64,000 bases of DNA from Mobula birostris (Eukaryota), in the NCBI RefSeq assembly GCF_030028105.1, contig NC_092382.1, forward strand, positions 1,674,001 to 1,738,000, written 5' to 3'. The notes beneath the pieces are model-generated. The model was given only the letters and a program-made list of their open reading frames with translations. It was not told the DNA's origin and searched no databases. This document shows, one piece after another, positions 24,216 through 38,153 of this stretch. How positions within the stretch are numbered: the first letter of the stretch is position 1; every line of letters starts with the position of its first letter. The position numbers and the translations under genes are program-made.

Positions 24216-24675
24216 TGTAACTCTCACTTTGACTGGCAGCTTAATATAGGGGGTGATAGCCCCCCCCCAGCCCGGCCAGTCTTAAGAAATCTTGTTTGGG
24301 TGGATGCTGCTTGATGTGTTCCCTGTTACAAATCAGTACCCTGAGAAAACAAACGGTACATAATCTGTGATTAAACGTTTGGGCTTTATAGTTTCTTACT
24401 TTGACTATAGAACGAGTAAAAAAAATAATGAAGAAGAAAGGCCCAATCTCTCCATTCATGTCTTCTCATCGCTCCCCGGCAAAAGACTGCAAAAATCTCT
24501 CTTCCAGACTCCCAAGAAAGAACAACATTTCTCTCATTGGATAGCCCTGCGTTCCAAAACCCTGTTGTCTCTAGTCGTAACCTAAACATTGCTGCTACAG
24601 AGAAACCGTTACCTCAGCAGTGATGCATTGCAGAGAGGCCATTCCATTAGCAGTGAAACCTCACAGCATGTTACA
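24216..24675. mobile_element. Solo LTR in the 3' UTR of ZNF gene A (paralog 44102-44559)
   Basis: TGTAAC...GTTACA termini; interrupts a degenerate finger (SNL|VTHYRVHTGE) at the same point in both units. Confidence 0.7.
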
Positions 24676-24879
24676 CTTGTGACATAGTACTGGAATGTTT
24701 CAATAAGCTGCTTGCTGGATATTTGTCCATCACCGTTGCTGAATGCAATTTTGAGAGTGACTGTTGGTGCTGAACTCTGCAATTATTGCTGCTGCTCACC
24801 ACACCCAGTCTGCACCCTGGTCACTGAGCATGGGAGGAGTTTCTTCTACTGCATATTCACCTTTATTGGGACTGGAGTT

Positions 24880-25950
24880 TTATATGGACTGGAGTGGAGA
24901 GCGGCCAGTGAAGGAGTGGAGCTTTGAGGCTTTGGCTCGAGAGGTTCTGGCAGTTGGATTGTGCAATCATGTCAATCAAAATTTGAACAGCTCAGAATGC
25001 AGCTGATTGGGCAATCAAGGTCAGGGGACCAAGCAATTTGATTGGGCAATTGTAAATTGAGAAGCTCAACAAACAAGTAAAAAGAGGGGTAGCTGAAGCG
25101 GAGCGGCCAGTGAGTGAGTGGGCCAGTGAAGGAGTGGAGCTTTGAGGCTTTGGCTCGAGAGGTTTCGGCGAGAAGAGGCAGAGGACGAGCTTGCTCCCAG
25201 TAAGGTAAGGCTGGGTATGTTTCTTTAATTATTTTGATTAACTTAGGAGTTGGTAATGGAGGCAGTAGATAGGACAGTCCAGTGCTCTGATTGTAGGATG
25301 TGGGAAGTGAGGGACAGCACAATTGTCTCTGATGACTAAACCTCAGGGATCTGTACTAGGTCCAATGTTGTTTGTCATATATATTAATGATCTGGATGAT
25401 GGGGTGGTAAATTGGATGAGTAAGTATTAGATGATACTGAGATAGGTGGAGTTGTGGATAATGAAGAATATTTTCAAAGCTTGCAGACAGGATTTAGACC
25501 ACTTAGAAGAGTGGGCTGAAAGATGGCAGAAGGAGTTTAATGCTGATAAATGTGAGGTGCTGCATTTTGGTAGGAGTGATCAAAATAGGGCATACATGGT
25601 AAATGGTAGGGCATTGAAGAATGCAGTAGAACAGAGGGATCTAGGAGTAATGGTGCATAGTTCCCTGAAGGTGGAGTCTCGTTTGGATAGGGTGGTGAAG
25701 AAAGCTTTTGGTATGCTGGCCTTTATAAATCAGAGCATTGAGTATAGGAGTTGGGATGTAATGTTGAAATTGTACAAGGCATTGGTAAGGCCAAATTTGG
25801 AGTATTGTATACAGTTCTGATCACTGAATTATAGGAAAGATGTCAATAAAATTGAGAGAGTACAGAGGAGATTTACTAAAATGTTGCCTGGATTTCATCT
25901 CCTAAGTTACAGCAAAAGGTTGAACAAATTAGGTCTTTATTCTTTGGAGC
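24880..25950 (+). mobile_element. CR1 pieces: 5' UTR/ORF1 start fused to an RT fragment
   Basis: MEAVDRTVQCSDCRMWEV at ~25255, then PQGSVLGP...LEYCIQF; a 5' UTR segment is duplicated at ~24895-24945 and ~25120-25165. Confidence 0.8.
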
Positions 25951-25954
25951 GTAA

Positions 25955-27314
25955 GAATATTGGGAGTTAGGAAAAAAGTTAAAAAGCAGGATCTCAAGGG
26001 TGGTAATCTCAGGATTGCTGCCTGTGCCACGAGACAGAGAGGGTAGGAACAGGAAGTCATGGCAGTTGAATGCGTGGCTGAAGAGTTGGTGCAGGGGGCA
26101 GGGGTTCAGATTTCTGGAGCATTGGGATCTCTTCTGGGGAAGGTCTGACCTGTACAACAAGGACGGGCTGCACCTGAACTGGAAAGGAACCAATATCCTG
26201 GTGGGCAGGTTTGCTGGAGCTGTTGGGGAGGGTTTAAACTAGTTTGTCAGGGGGGTGGGAATCAGAATGTGAGTGCAGAGATGAGGGTAGAAGGACAAGG
26301 GCATGATGCTATGTGTTCTGAGTTGCTGAGGAAGGGCAGGCAGGGGACAAAACATACATGTAGCCAGTTCGAGGGGTTGAAGTGTGTCTATTTCAATGCC
26401 AGGAGTATTAGGAATAAAGGGGATGAACTTAGAAAATGGATCAGTACGTGGAACTACGATGTTGTGGCCGTTACTGAAACTTGGCTGGAGGAAGGGCAGG
26501 ATTGGCTGATGCAGGTACCGGGGTTTAGGTGTTTTAAAAGGAATAGGATGGGAGGTAGAAAAGGGGGGGAGTAGCATTACTGATCAGGGATAGTATCACA
26601 GCTGTAGGAAGGGAGGTCGCTGCAGAGGGGGTGTCCACTGAGTCGGTGTGGGTGGAAGTCACAAATAGGAAGGGATCAATCACTGTGCCGGGAGTGGTCT
26701 ATAGGCCCCCAAATAGCCCTCGGGACATCGAGGAGCAGATAAGCAGGCAGATTTTAGAATGGTGCAGGAAATACAGGGTTGTAGTTATGGGTGATTTCAA
26801 CTTCCCTCATATTGACTGGCACCTCCTGACTGCAAGGGGGATAGATGGGGCTGAATTTGTCAGGTGTGTTCAAGAAGGATTCCTGACACAGTATGTGGAC
26901 CGTTCGACGAGAGGAGAGGCCATACTGGATCTAGTTCTGGGTAATGAACCTGGTCAGGTGGCAGACATCTTGGTGGGGGAGCATTTTGGTGAGAGTGACC
27001 ACAACTCCCTTAGCTTCAGCATAGCTATGGAAAAGGATAAAAACAGACAAAATGGGAAAGTGCTTAACTGGAGAAGGGCTAACTATGAATGGATGAGGCA
27101 GGAACTAGCGAGAGTAAATTGGAAACAGGTGTTGAAAGGTGAAAGCACAGAAGTAATGTGGAGGAAGTTTAGGGACCACTTGTGCTGGGTTCAGGATAGG
27201 TTTGTCCCACTGAGGCAAGGAAAAAATGGTCGGAAAAGGGAACCGTGGCTGACGAAACACGCGAGGCAACTCGTCAAGTGGAAGAAGGAAGCAGATGTTA
27301 GATATAAGAAGCAG
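25955..27314 (+). mobile_element. CR1 LINE: ORF1 SGNH-esterase C-terminus and ORF2 APE endonuclease
   Basis: VISGLLPVP...LNAWLKSWC...DGLHLN, followed by YFNARS, VTETWL, YRPP, GDFNFP, LDLVL and SDH. Confidence 0.9.
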
Positions 27315-30300
27315 TCAGAGCCCTGTTGGCCGCTTTTCGATTGCTCCTACCTTGTTTACTTAATTGTCTCCTACCAGTCTTTTTTTTTTGAAACCTTATT
27401 ATAAAACTTCAATACTGCTTTACTGTGGCTGGGAAAAGAACCAAAGCGTTTGCAAAAGAAAGAGAAACAGAAGATGAATCCGCAGTCACTTTGGATTCAA
27501 TCAGTGACTTCCTTAAACGGCAAAAGTAGGAATTCTGTGAAGAGTTTCAACGGCTTAACAGCAAATTGGATACAATTCAGCGAACTTTATTTGAGCATGA
27601 GAACCAAATTCAGGAGAATACTGCGAAGCTAATGATACTTGAAGAGGACACTGAAGATACAATTAAACTCTGCAAAGAGTTATCTTTATCCAATGATAAA
27701 ATGCTGAGAAGGATCATCAGTCTCGAAAATAAAAATAGGAGAAATAACTTGCGAATCCTGGGTCTTGAAGAATCAATTGAATGCGCTGACCCTACGAAGT
27801 TTTTTGCAAACTTTCTGAAGCAGATTTTCCCTGCTTTATTCACATCTGAGCTGAAGCTCGATCGAGCTTCTCGCTCTCTGACTTTGAAGCCATTGTCCTT
27901 GGTGGCGAAACCCAGATCGATCAGACTAGTCTTTCATGAATTTCGTATGAAGGACCTTTTAATTCACCATACCCGGAGACAAGGAATGATCGATTTCCAA
28001 AATTGCAAGGTTAGATTTGTGGAAGACTATTCACCTGAAGTTTTGGCTGATCGCATGAAATATAAAGAAGTTATGTCGGAATTTTATAATAAAGGGTATA
28101 AACCATCTCTTCAGTTCCCCGCACGTCTGAGTATTGTTTTGAAGAACGGATTGCGAAAAAGAATAAATTCAGTTGAAGATGCAAAAGAGTTTCTGAAGGA
28201 TGAATTCTAAAACTGTTATACTTCTTATTTGATCAAGTTTTTTTCTTCTGTTAATATGAATTTGAAATAAGGTTACGTTTTGGCTGTTCATATATTGTCT
28301 TTTGTCATATATTTTTTGATACTACTTTATTTTATCCCTTTTTGAGGCTTTCTTTTAATACAGCTTTCTTTGAATTTGTTTAAATTGATCCTTTCACATT
28401 TTCAAATACTAAGTTGTTTTACTTTTTATGTTGTGTGTTGGTAGGGACATAATGACATCGCAGGACTGGAGTTCTTTCTGTCAACAGGATTTTTTGGGGC
28501 CGGTACTTAGTTCTTAGCTCACTGACTGTCTATTGGTCAGCTTTCTCGCTTTGGGTAGGGGAGGGGGTAGGGCCTATTTCTCTCTGGGAGCTGTGTTGGG
28601 TTGAATATATGATTGTTTGTTTCAATACCTTACTTTACGGTTTGCTTTCTAGTTTTAATAACTTATGGCCAGATCTTTTAATTACATGTTGATTGGTATT
28701 TAAAATGGTTCGAAATATTCACCTGTTTAGTTTGAATGTGAAAGGGTGAATCACCCCACCAAAAGGAACAAAGTGTTTGCTTATATTAAGAAAATGAAAG
28801 CACCCATTATTTTTTTTTACAAGAAACACACATACACAGCTGTGATACCTTACGTTTTTTTTACTGAGTGGAAGGGTAAGGAATTCTACTCTTCGTTTAA
28901 CGCAAAATCCCGTGGAGTTTCGATTTTTTGTAGATACTACAGTTCCCTTTATTCAGCATAAAGTTGTTTCGGACCCTAATGGTCGTTTTGTTATTGTATC
29001 AGGGAGTTTAGACAGTAAGTTGATTGTTTTTGCTCATGTTTATGCCCCCAATGTAGATGATCCAGGATTTTTTGAGCGTCTATTTTCATATTTGCTAGAT
29101 TTGTGTACTTACGCCCTTGTGATGGGAGGAGATTTTAACTGCTGGTTAGATCCAGTATTTGATCACTCATTTGTTAAACCAGCCACACTTAATAAATCAG
29201 CTTTGTTTATCCAATCTTTTCTAACTAAATGTGGTATAGTTGATGCTTGGCGATTTCTTCATCTGACGGACAGGGAGTATTCTTTTTTCTCTCATGTCTA
29301 TCATTCTTATACCGGGATTGACTTTATTTTTATTGATAGTCAAATGATTCCATTAGTTCGATCAATTGAATATAAAGAGATTGCTATCTCTGACCACTCT
29401 CCTGTAATTCTATCTTTAAATCTTCCTGGTCCTATCCCCATGAGTAGATTTTGGCGATTTAATTCAACTCTGTTATCCGATGAGGATTTTTTAAAAAAAT
29501 TATGGAGAATCAAATTACTCTTTATTTTTGAAGAAAATACGTTGGAAGAGGCGTCTAGCCTGATTATATGGGATACTTTTAAAGCGTACATCCGGTGTCA
29601 AATTATTTCTTATACTGCAAACATCATTAGAAAAGCTAACAAAGAAAGAAATGAATTAGCCAATCAGTTAAAGCAACTGGACCATAAATATGCTTCTGTA
29701 CCTGATCCTGAAACATATAAGAGACGTATTGAAACTAAAACTAAATATGATCTTCTTTTAACATATCCAATTGAAAGCCAACTTTTAAAAGATAGAAGTC
29801 AACTTCATATTCACGGAGATAAAACTGGTAAGCTACTGGCTAATCAATTGAAGCCATTTTCAGCCAAGCGGCAAATTAAAGAAATACATAAAATTAATGG
29901 GGACGTGACAACTGACCACCTTGAAATTAATGAACTTTTAGAGAATTTTATTCTAAATTGTATAGATCTGACTCTGTTAATGATAATATTGCAATGAATA
30001 ATTTTTTAGATCAATTAAATATTCCTAATCTTTCATTAGATGATCGTAGGCAATTGGATCAACCTATTTCCCAGGATGAAATTGCTCAGGCTATTTGAGA
30101 ATTGCATTCTGGGAAATCCCCAGGACCCGGTGGATTCTCTGGAGAATTTTATTAGGCTTTTTCCTCCTTGCTTATACCACATTTATGTTCTACCCTTACA
30201 GGAAGGAAGACAACCAGAGTCTTTTTACGGAGCTTCCATTTTGCTCATTCTCAAAAAGAATATGAATCCTACTAAATGCTCTTCGTATAGACCTATCTCT

Positions 30301-30345
30301 TTACTCAATTTTGATACTAAAATTTTATCTAAAGTGTTGGCTTGA
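27315..30345 (+). mobile_element. L1/Tx1-clade LINE 5' half (ORF1, endonuclease, start of RT), decayed
   Basis: ORF1-like 27566-28210 (LENKNRRNNLRILGLEE, FVEDYS, PARL); ORF2 with NVKG, VYAPN, GGDFN, SDHS and YRPISLLN.DTKILSKVLA. Confidence 0.9.
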
Positions 30346-31168
30346 AGATATATCTTGCACATGCACCAGTTGTGCATGCAGCCTGGTACAGCCAATCCGA
30401 TCTATTCCTTTTACTTTTTAATTTCCGTTATTTTTTGTATTTTTTTTCTCACGGTAACACGTCGAAGCTGCACGCTGTCTAACATGCTGGTAGAGAGAGT
30501 TTTCTTTGGGTTTTCTTTAGCACTGGAAATGGTTACATCCCAACATGCGAGACAGAAGCAAGGTCGCACTGTATATTTCACGGACCAGCAAACACCGGCC
30601 GGCTTAGCGAACAGAGCGATGGACACCCCAGCTGAAATCCGGAGGAAAACACACAGAGGGGGATCACAAAGTCGAGGAAAGAGGACCGGGTCGAGACAAC
30701 AGAGACTTTTGGAGAAGAGGAGTTCGGTGGGTAATTCCATTCCGGCTGACCGGAAGTGCACTGAGAGCGGTAAGCGTGAAGGAGTTCGGTGCTTACTGAT
30801 CTGGCTAACAACGGATAGTGCAATCCGGGGTATATTATGATTGAGGAATGTGTTTGCAGACTGGATATTGAACTTTTTACTGTTGGACTTCGGCCACATT
30901 CCACCGTGATACAACACTTGGCAGCACGGGAGGTCGTACCTGCCTGTGGCCATCGAACATGCAGCTCCTCCCGTGGAGGGTCAGACACCCTGAGCCGATA
31001 GACTGGTCCTGGAATTATTTTCCATCTGGCATAGTTTGCATTTTGGTGTTTGATTGTTGGGGTTTTTTGTATTGCTATATTTACACTCTATTCTTGGTTG
31101 GTGCGGCTGTAACGAAACCAAATTTCCCTCGGGATTAATAAAGTATATCTATCTATCTATATCTATAT
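30346..31168 (+). mobile_element. Internally deleted, non-autonomous Rex1/Babar-like element with (TATC)n tail
   Basis: A 5' ORF remnant and an APE piece (CNPG....E.VC.LDIE..TVGLRP) join directly to the 3' end (RHGRS.LPVAIE); AATAAA and TATC repeats at ~31137-31165. Confidence 0.65.
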
Positions 31169-31169
31169 T

Positions 31170-32650
31170 GATAGGATGCAAAACTGGGCTGAGAAGAGGC
31201 AAATGGAGTTCAACCCAGATAAGTGTGAGCTGGTTCATTGTATTAGGTCAAAGATGATGGCAGAATACAGCATTAATGGTAAGACTTGGCAGTGCGGAGG
31301 ATCAGAGTCAAGTCAAGGCACTGTATATTGTCATTTCCACCATAACTGCTGGTACCATACACAGTAAAAACGAGACAATGTTTTTCAGGACCATGGTGCT
31401 ACATGAACAATACAAAAATTACACTGAACTACGTAAAAAAACACAAAATTACACGAGACTCCAGACCTACTGAGGACTGCATAAGGTGCACAAAACAGTG
31501 CAGGCATTACAATAAATAATAAACAAGACAGTAGGTTGGTGTCAGTCCAGGCTCTGAGTATTGAGGAGTCTGAATACTTGGGGGGGAAAAAACTGTTACA
31601 TAGACTGGTCGTGAGGGCCTGAAAACTTCGGTGCCTTTTGCCAGGTGGCAGGAGGGAGAAGAGTTTGTATGAGGGGTGCATGGGGTCCTTCACAATGCTG
31701 TTTGCTTTACGGATGCAGTGTGTGGTGTAAGTGTCTCCAATGGTGGGAAGAGAGACCCCGATGATCTTCTCAGCTGACCTCAGTATCCACTGCAGGGTCT
31801 TGCGATCCGAGATGGTTTCCGAACCAGACAGTGATGTAGCTGCTCAGGATGCTCTCAATACGTCCTCTGTAGAATGTGGTGAGGACGGAGGGTGGGAGAT
31901 GGACCTTCCTCAGCCTTCACAGAAAGTAAGGACACTGCTGGGCTTTCTTTGCTCTGGAGCTGGTGTTAGGGACCAGGTGAGATTCTCCGCCAGGAGAATC
32001 TTGGGGTCCGAGTCCATAGGACACTCAAAGCTGCTGCGTAGGTTGACTCTGTGGTTAAGAAGGCATACGGTGCATTGGCCTTAATCAACCGTGGGATTGA
32101 ATTTAAAAGGCGAAGGGTAATGTAGGACTCTGGTCAGACTGCACTTGAAGTACTATGCTCAATTCTGGTCGCTTCGTTACAGGAAGGATGTGGAAACCAT
32201 AGAAAGGGTGCAGAGGGGATATACAAGGATGTTGCCGGGTCTGGGGAGCATGTCTTATGAGAATAGGTTGAGTGAACTCGGCTTTTTCTTCTTGGACCGA
32301 CGGAGGATGAGAGGTGACCTGATAAGGTGTATAAGATGATGAGAGGCATTGATCGTGTGGATAGTCAGAGGCTTTTTCCCAGGGCTGAAATGGTGGCCAC
32401 AAGAGGACACAGGATTAAGGTGCTGGAGATTAGGTACAGAGGAGATGTCAGGGGTAAGTTTTTTTACACAGAGAGTGGTGAGTGTGTGGAATGGGACAAT
32501 AGGGTCTTCGAAGAGACTCCTGGACAGGTACATGGAGCTTAGAAAAACAGAGGGCTATGGGTAACCCTGGGTAATTTCTGAGGTAAGAACATGTTCGGCA
32601 CAGCATTGTGGGCCGAAGGGCCTCTATACTGCTGCAGTTTTTCTATGTTT
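31170..32650 (+). mobile_element. CR1 3' part, interrupted by a minus-strand Rex1-like element (31307-31995)
   Basis: QNWAEK.QMEFNPDKCE and YYAQFWS..YRKD motifs, CR1 tail ttctatgtttcta near 32641; the nested element has a (TTGAC)n tail and DP.HP..KLFSLLP.G motif. Confidence 0.8.
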
Positions 32651-33449
32651 CTACTTTCTATTCACATTCCTCCGGGCTCACTGGACAGGAACACTGAAAC
32701 ACCAAGTGAGAATCAGCAGGAGGTGGCCATTCAGCCCCTCGAACCATCACCAAGATGGCGGCTGCTCTCCCATCTCAGCCACATGTTTCTGCCCGATCCT
32801 CATTTCCTCGATCCCTTCAGTCTCCACACATCTGCTGGCCTCTTTTTTTTATGTGAGGACGATACTGAGTCTTCACCGGCCTCTGTGATGGGGATTTACA
32901 GACATTCACCACCCTCAGAATGGAGACATTTCCCCTCATCTCAGTCCCGTACAGTCCACCCCCATTTTCAGAGACTGGGATCCCTGGTTCAACCGGTAAT
33001 GATGTTGTGCATTTCAATGTCTTCATCTCTCAGTCCTCGATTCTCTAAATGAAAGGGTTATCACATTTGATCTTTCTTCATATGATGACCCCACCACTCC
33101 AGGGATCAGTCTGGTGAATCTTCATTGCACTCTCCATAACAAATACTCTCTAACCTCTTTGTTAATCCTCTATGGAATTAATTTCCATCTTCTGCAGCCC
33201 CGTGTTGCCCCAACCACTCACCTCCCACCCCCGTCACTATTTCCACCTTCCCACCTCCCCCTCACCTGGATCCACCTCTCACTCCCCAGCTCTTGCCCCA
33301 TCCCCACCCCTCACCTCTTTTCTCGGACTATTTCCCGTCCACTCTCAGTCCAGAGGGAGGGTCTCGGCCCGAAATGTTGACGGTCCATTTCCCTCCACAG
33401 ATGCTGCCCGACCCACTGAGTTCCTCCGGCAGTTTGTTCTTTGGTCTGT

Positions 33450-34112
33450 GTGACCCGTGTTAGTGTGGGGAGCGGGATTTTACACCATATTCCCGGTACA
33501 GTCTCAACAAAACACAAATAATTGTCACTTTGCCCGGACCATTGGCCCCGCTTGCAGGGCAACAGTCTGCCGGTGTTTGCCCCCCAATGTGGTGAATCGC
33601 CACCACCGTGGGCTCAGACATTTCCACAGATGAGCCCCTCCTGTCCCCACCGGGACAAACATCCTGTCCGCCCCCTCTCTCACCGTCTTCATCCTCTCCC
33701 TCCCCGGGGAACCGGCATCAAACCGACGGGCCGAGCGGTCTCCTCCTACCTCTCAGCGACACATCAGACTCCGGCCGCAGGAGACGCTTCACAAACGCCC
33801 CAACTTCCCTCGGAGGGAAATGGAAATAAATCAGAAAGCGGACATTTACTTTGACGGTTGTCCCGCCGTGACGGAAAGTTCGGGAGACGGAGTCAGCGGG
33901 GGTAACGCCCTCTCGGCTGGCCTGCCTCCTCTATTGGTTGGAAGCAGTGATTGACATTGCTTCCTACCAATGGGAATACAGCAGCGCGTGACTCCTCTGT
34001 TGACAGCGGTGGGGGAGGGGATGGTCACGTGATTAGTAGCCCGGCCGTTAAACCGACCAAGCTCGAGCTCACCAGCGCGCGGGGCACAAAAGGCCCCGGA
34101 TGATCGGTTGAG
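33450..34112 (+). promoter_or_regulatory. CpG-island promoter and non-coding first exon of ZNF gene B
   Basis: Paralog of 7000-7667 with CCAAT boxes, GTCACGTG and donor GAG|GTGAGA at 34112/34113. Confidence 0.65.
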
Positions 34113-35679
34113 GTGAGAAGGGGTCTCCGGGTTGGGGGTCTCACCGGGCGGCGTTTTCAACACCGACTTCGGGTAGTTGCTGTGACTCCGGACTCCGTGA
34201 CCCGAAATCCTGGGACAGTCCTGCTCTCTTCCCTCTCTCTCAGCCCCACCATCCGTACACGGGCCCCGGGGAGCTTCCGGCTGATGAGGGAATGGGAACC
34301 GATGGGTCTCTCAGACAGAGCTGAGCTCCAGCTGTCTAAATGCAAGGATCGGGAACTCGGAGAAAGGGAACAAAATCTTTTACATCAGCTGTTGTGAAAA
34401 TCACCTTTGTTCTGCCTCCAGTCACAAACAAGAGAAAATCTGCAGATGCTGGAAATCCGAGCAACACACACAAATTGCTGGAGGAACTCAGCATTAGTAC
34501 TCTTTTCCATAGATGCTGCCTGGCCTGCTGAGTTCCCCCAGCATTTTGTGTCTGTTGCTTGTTCCACCTCCTCTTGTTCTGGACTTTTCTACCCGTGAGA
34601 ACATGTTTTGTCCCACTCTCTCTGGGTACATAATGATATCAAACACCTTTGCCCTGGGCAACAAGTAGCTTTCACATCACAAATGTGCCAGACTCCAATG
34701 AGACAGACTACTGCCCTTCCCTTCATATTCATTGGCATTGCCATCACTGAGTTCACCACCGTCAGTCACCTGGGGGAGGGTTCAGGGGAAATATTTATAT
34801 ACAATGCAGAAACTGGTGTTACCTGTGTGTATTGTGGTGATGCAAAAGTTGCTGGAGAATTTACAAGTGGGAAGAAGTGGAGTGATATTTGGAAATCTGA
34901 CTTTTTCAAGCATCATTTAGCAAGAGAAACACATATGGACAATGTGCAAAAGTTCTGGTGAAAAAATCCTTCATTACCCATTACAGGCCTGCTACATAGG
35001 TTGTGTGAGAGTGCAGATGAAATCAATCAAACCCAGAGGAGATCAAAGTTCTTACTGACAGTGATTTGCTAGCTGTTGAAAGGAATACCTCTCTATATAA
35101 AATTCACAGTGCACATGTTGTCACTGGGTAAAAGAATGTACAGTACAAGATTTATGTGCACACTGGTCATTACAAATTAGAAGGGACATTGGTGAGAAGG
35201 TGGGGAGACCTCCAGTGTCCCTGATGCCCTCACCTACAAGATGTGCATCCAGCTGCAGCTTGTAACCCTGCACTTTATGGAGTTGGAATTTGAAGTGCAT
35301 GAATTCTGGATCAGCTGGGAGTCGGAGGGGGTGATAGATATGACATGAAGAGAGGTGAGTTACACCCAAGGTGCAGGATACAGTAAACTGGGTGAGAGTC
35401 AGGAAGGGGAATGAGGTTAAATAGCCATCGCAGAGTACTCTTGTTGCCATCTTACACAACAGCAGGTGGACCACTTTAGAAACTGATGGGGGGGATTACC
35501 TGGCAGAGGAAAGTCAAAGGGGTGATAGGGGATTTGTTAGTTAGAGGAACAGAACAAGAGGGGACCAATATCCTATTGGTAAGGCTTGCTAGTGCTAGAG
35601 TTGGGGGAGTGGGATGATGTGGTTAAAATAAGTTGTGGGGGAATGGGAGCCAGACTGACAGAACAGATAGTGGAGAGGC

Positions 35680-36410
35680 TGAATTGAATTGACTTTATTA
35701 CATACATCCTTCATATACATGAGGAGTGGAAATCTTTATGTTACATCTCTGTCTAAATGTGCAATGTGTAATTTATAGTTATTTATAATAAATAGTTTGT
35801 ATATAGGACAGTCAATATAACATAGAAATGCAATTGTATCAGCATGAATTAATCAATCCGATGGCCTGGTAGAAGATGATGTCCTGGAGCCCGTTGGTCC
35901 TTTTGCTGTGGTACCGTTTCCTGGATGGTAGCAGCAGGAACAGTTTGTGGTTGTGGTGAATTGGGACTCCAATATCCTTTGGGCCCTTTTTACACACCTG
36001 TCTCTGTAAATGTCCTGAAATAGTGGGAAGTTCACATCTACAGATGCGCTGGGCTGTCCGCACCACTCTCTGCAGGTTCCTGCGATTAAGGGAAGTACAG
36101 TTCCCAGACCAGGCAGTGATACAGCCAGTCAGGATGTTCTCAGTTGTGTCCCTGTTGAAAGTCCTTAGGATTTGGGGCCCCATCCCGAACTTCTTCAACC
36201 ATCTGAGGTGAAAGAGGTGCTGATGTGCTTTTTTCACAACACAGCCGGTATGTAGAGACCATGTGAGATCCTCGGTGATGTTTATGCCGAGGAACTTAAA
36301 GCTGTTCACCCTCTGAACCCCAGATCCATTGATGTCAATAGGGGTTAGCCGGTCTCCATTCCTCCTGTCGTCCACAATCAGCTCCTTTGTTTTTGTGGCA
36401 ATGAGGGAGA
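35680..36410 (-). mobile_element. Rex1/Babar-type LINE 3' part
   Basis: ORF 35839-36375 with FKFLGINI and ILTGCITAW. Confidence 0.85.
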
Positions 36411-36414
36411 GTTT

Positions 36415-38153
36415 GTTGAATAATTACTTTGGTTCTGTCTTCACTAAGGAGGACATAAATAATCTTCCGGAAATAGTAGAGGACAGAAGGTCCAGTGAGA
36501 TGGAGGAACAGAGGGAAATACATGTTAGTAGGGAAGTGGTGTTAGGTAAATTGAAGGGATTAAAGGCAGATAAATCCCCAGGGCCAGATGGTCTGCATCC
36601 CAGAGTGCTTAAGGAAGTAGCCCAAGAAATAGTGGATGCATTAGTGATAATTTTTCAAAACTCTTTAGATTCTCGACTAGTTCCTGAGGATTGGAAAGTG
36701 ACTAATGTAACCCTACTTTTTAAAAAAGAGGGAGAGAGAAACCAGGGAATTATAGACTGGTTCTCCTAACGTCGGTGGTGGGGAAACTGCTGGAGTCAGT
36801 TATCAAAGATGTGATAACAGCACATTTGGAAAGCGGTGAAATCATCGGACAAAGTCAGCATGGATTTGTGAAAGGAAAATCATGTCTGATGAATGTCATA
36901 GAATTTTTTGAGGATGTAACTAGTAGAGTGGATAGGGCAGAACCAGTGGATGTGGTATATTTGGATTTTCAAAAGGCTTTTGACAAGGTCCCACACAGGA
37001 GATTGGTGTGTAAACTTAAAGCACAGGGTATTGGGAGTAAGGTATTGATGTGGATAGAGAATTGGTTGGCAGACAGGAAGCAAAGAGTGGGAATAAATGG
37101 GACCTTTTCGGAATGGCAGGCAGTGACTAGTAGGGTACCGCAAGGCTCAGTGCTGGGACCCCAGTTGTTTACAATATATATTAATGACTTAGACAAGGGA
37201 ATTAAATGCAGCATCTCCAAGTTTACGGATGACACGAAGCTGGGCAGCAGTGTTAGCTGTGAGGAGGATGCTAAGAGGATGCAGGGTGACTTGGATAGGT
37301 TAGGTGAGTGGGCAAATTCATGGCAGATGAAATTTAATGTGGATAAATGTGAAGTTATCCAATTTGGTGGCAAAAACAGGAAAACAGATTATTATCTGAA
37401 TGGTGGCCGATTAGGAAAAGGGGAGGTGCAACGAGACCTGGGTGTCATTATACACCAGTCATTGAAAGTGGGCATGCAGGTACAGCAGGTGGTGAAAAAG
37501 GCGAATGGTATGCTGGCATTTATAGCAAGAGGATTCGAGTACAGGAGCAGGGAGGTACTACTGCAGTTGTACAAGGCCTTGGTGAGACTACACCTGGAGT
37601 ATTGTGTGCAGTTTTGGTCCCCTAATCTGAGGAAAGACTTCCTTGCCATAGAGGGAGTACAAAGAAGGTTCACCACATTGATTCCTGGGATGGCATGACT
37701 TTCATATTATGAAAGACTGGATGAACTAGGCTTATACTCATTGGAATTTAGAAGATTGAGGGGGGATCTGATTGAAACGTATAAAATCCTAAAGGGATTG
37801 GACAGGCTGGATGCAGGAAGATTGTTCCCGATGTTGGGGAAGTCCAGAATGAGGGGTCACAGTTTGAGGATAAAGGGGAAGCCTTTTAGGACCGAGATGA
37901 GGAAAATCTTCTTCACACAGAGAGTGGTGAATCTGTGGAATTCTCTGCCACAGGAAACAGTTGAGGCCAGTTCATTGGCTATATTTAAGAGGGAGTTAGA
38001 TATGGCCCTTGTGGCTAGGGGGATCAGGGGGAATGGAGGGAAGGCTGGTGCAGGGTTCTGAGTTGGATGATCAGCCATGATCATACTGAATGACAGCACA
38101 GGCTCGAAGGGCTGAATGGCCTACTCCTGCACCTATTTTCTATGTTTCTATGT
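36415..38153 (+). mobile_element. Young CR1 LINE, unit-B specific
   Basis: ORFs 36775-37698 and 37741-38061; tail tttctatgtttctatgt; absent at ~13505 in unit A. Same subfamily as 11548-12619. Confidence 0.95.

Larger units (their letters stand above)
6120..24880 (+). repeat. Tandem segmental duplication unit A (zinc-finger gene unit)
   Basis: Blocks 6120-8150, 10610-11545, 12620-14645 and 20720-24880 align colinearly with 32650-34595, 34600-35540, 35540-36410 plus 38155-38773, and 39165-44790. Confidence 0.95.
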
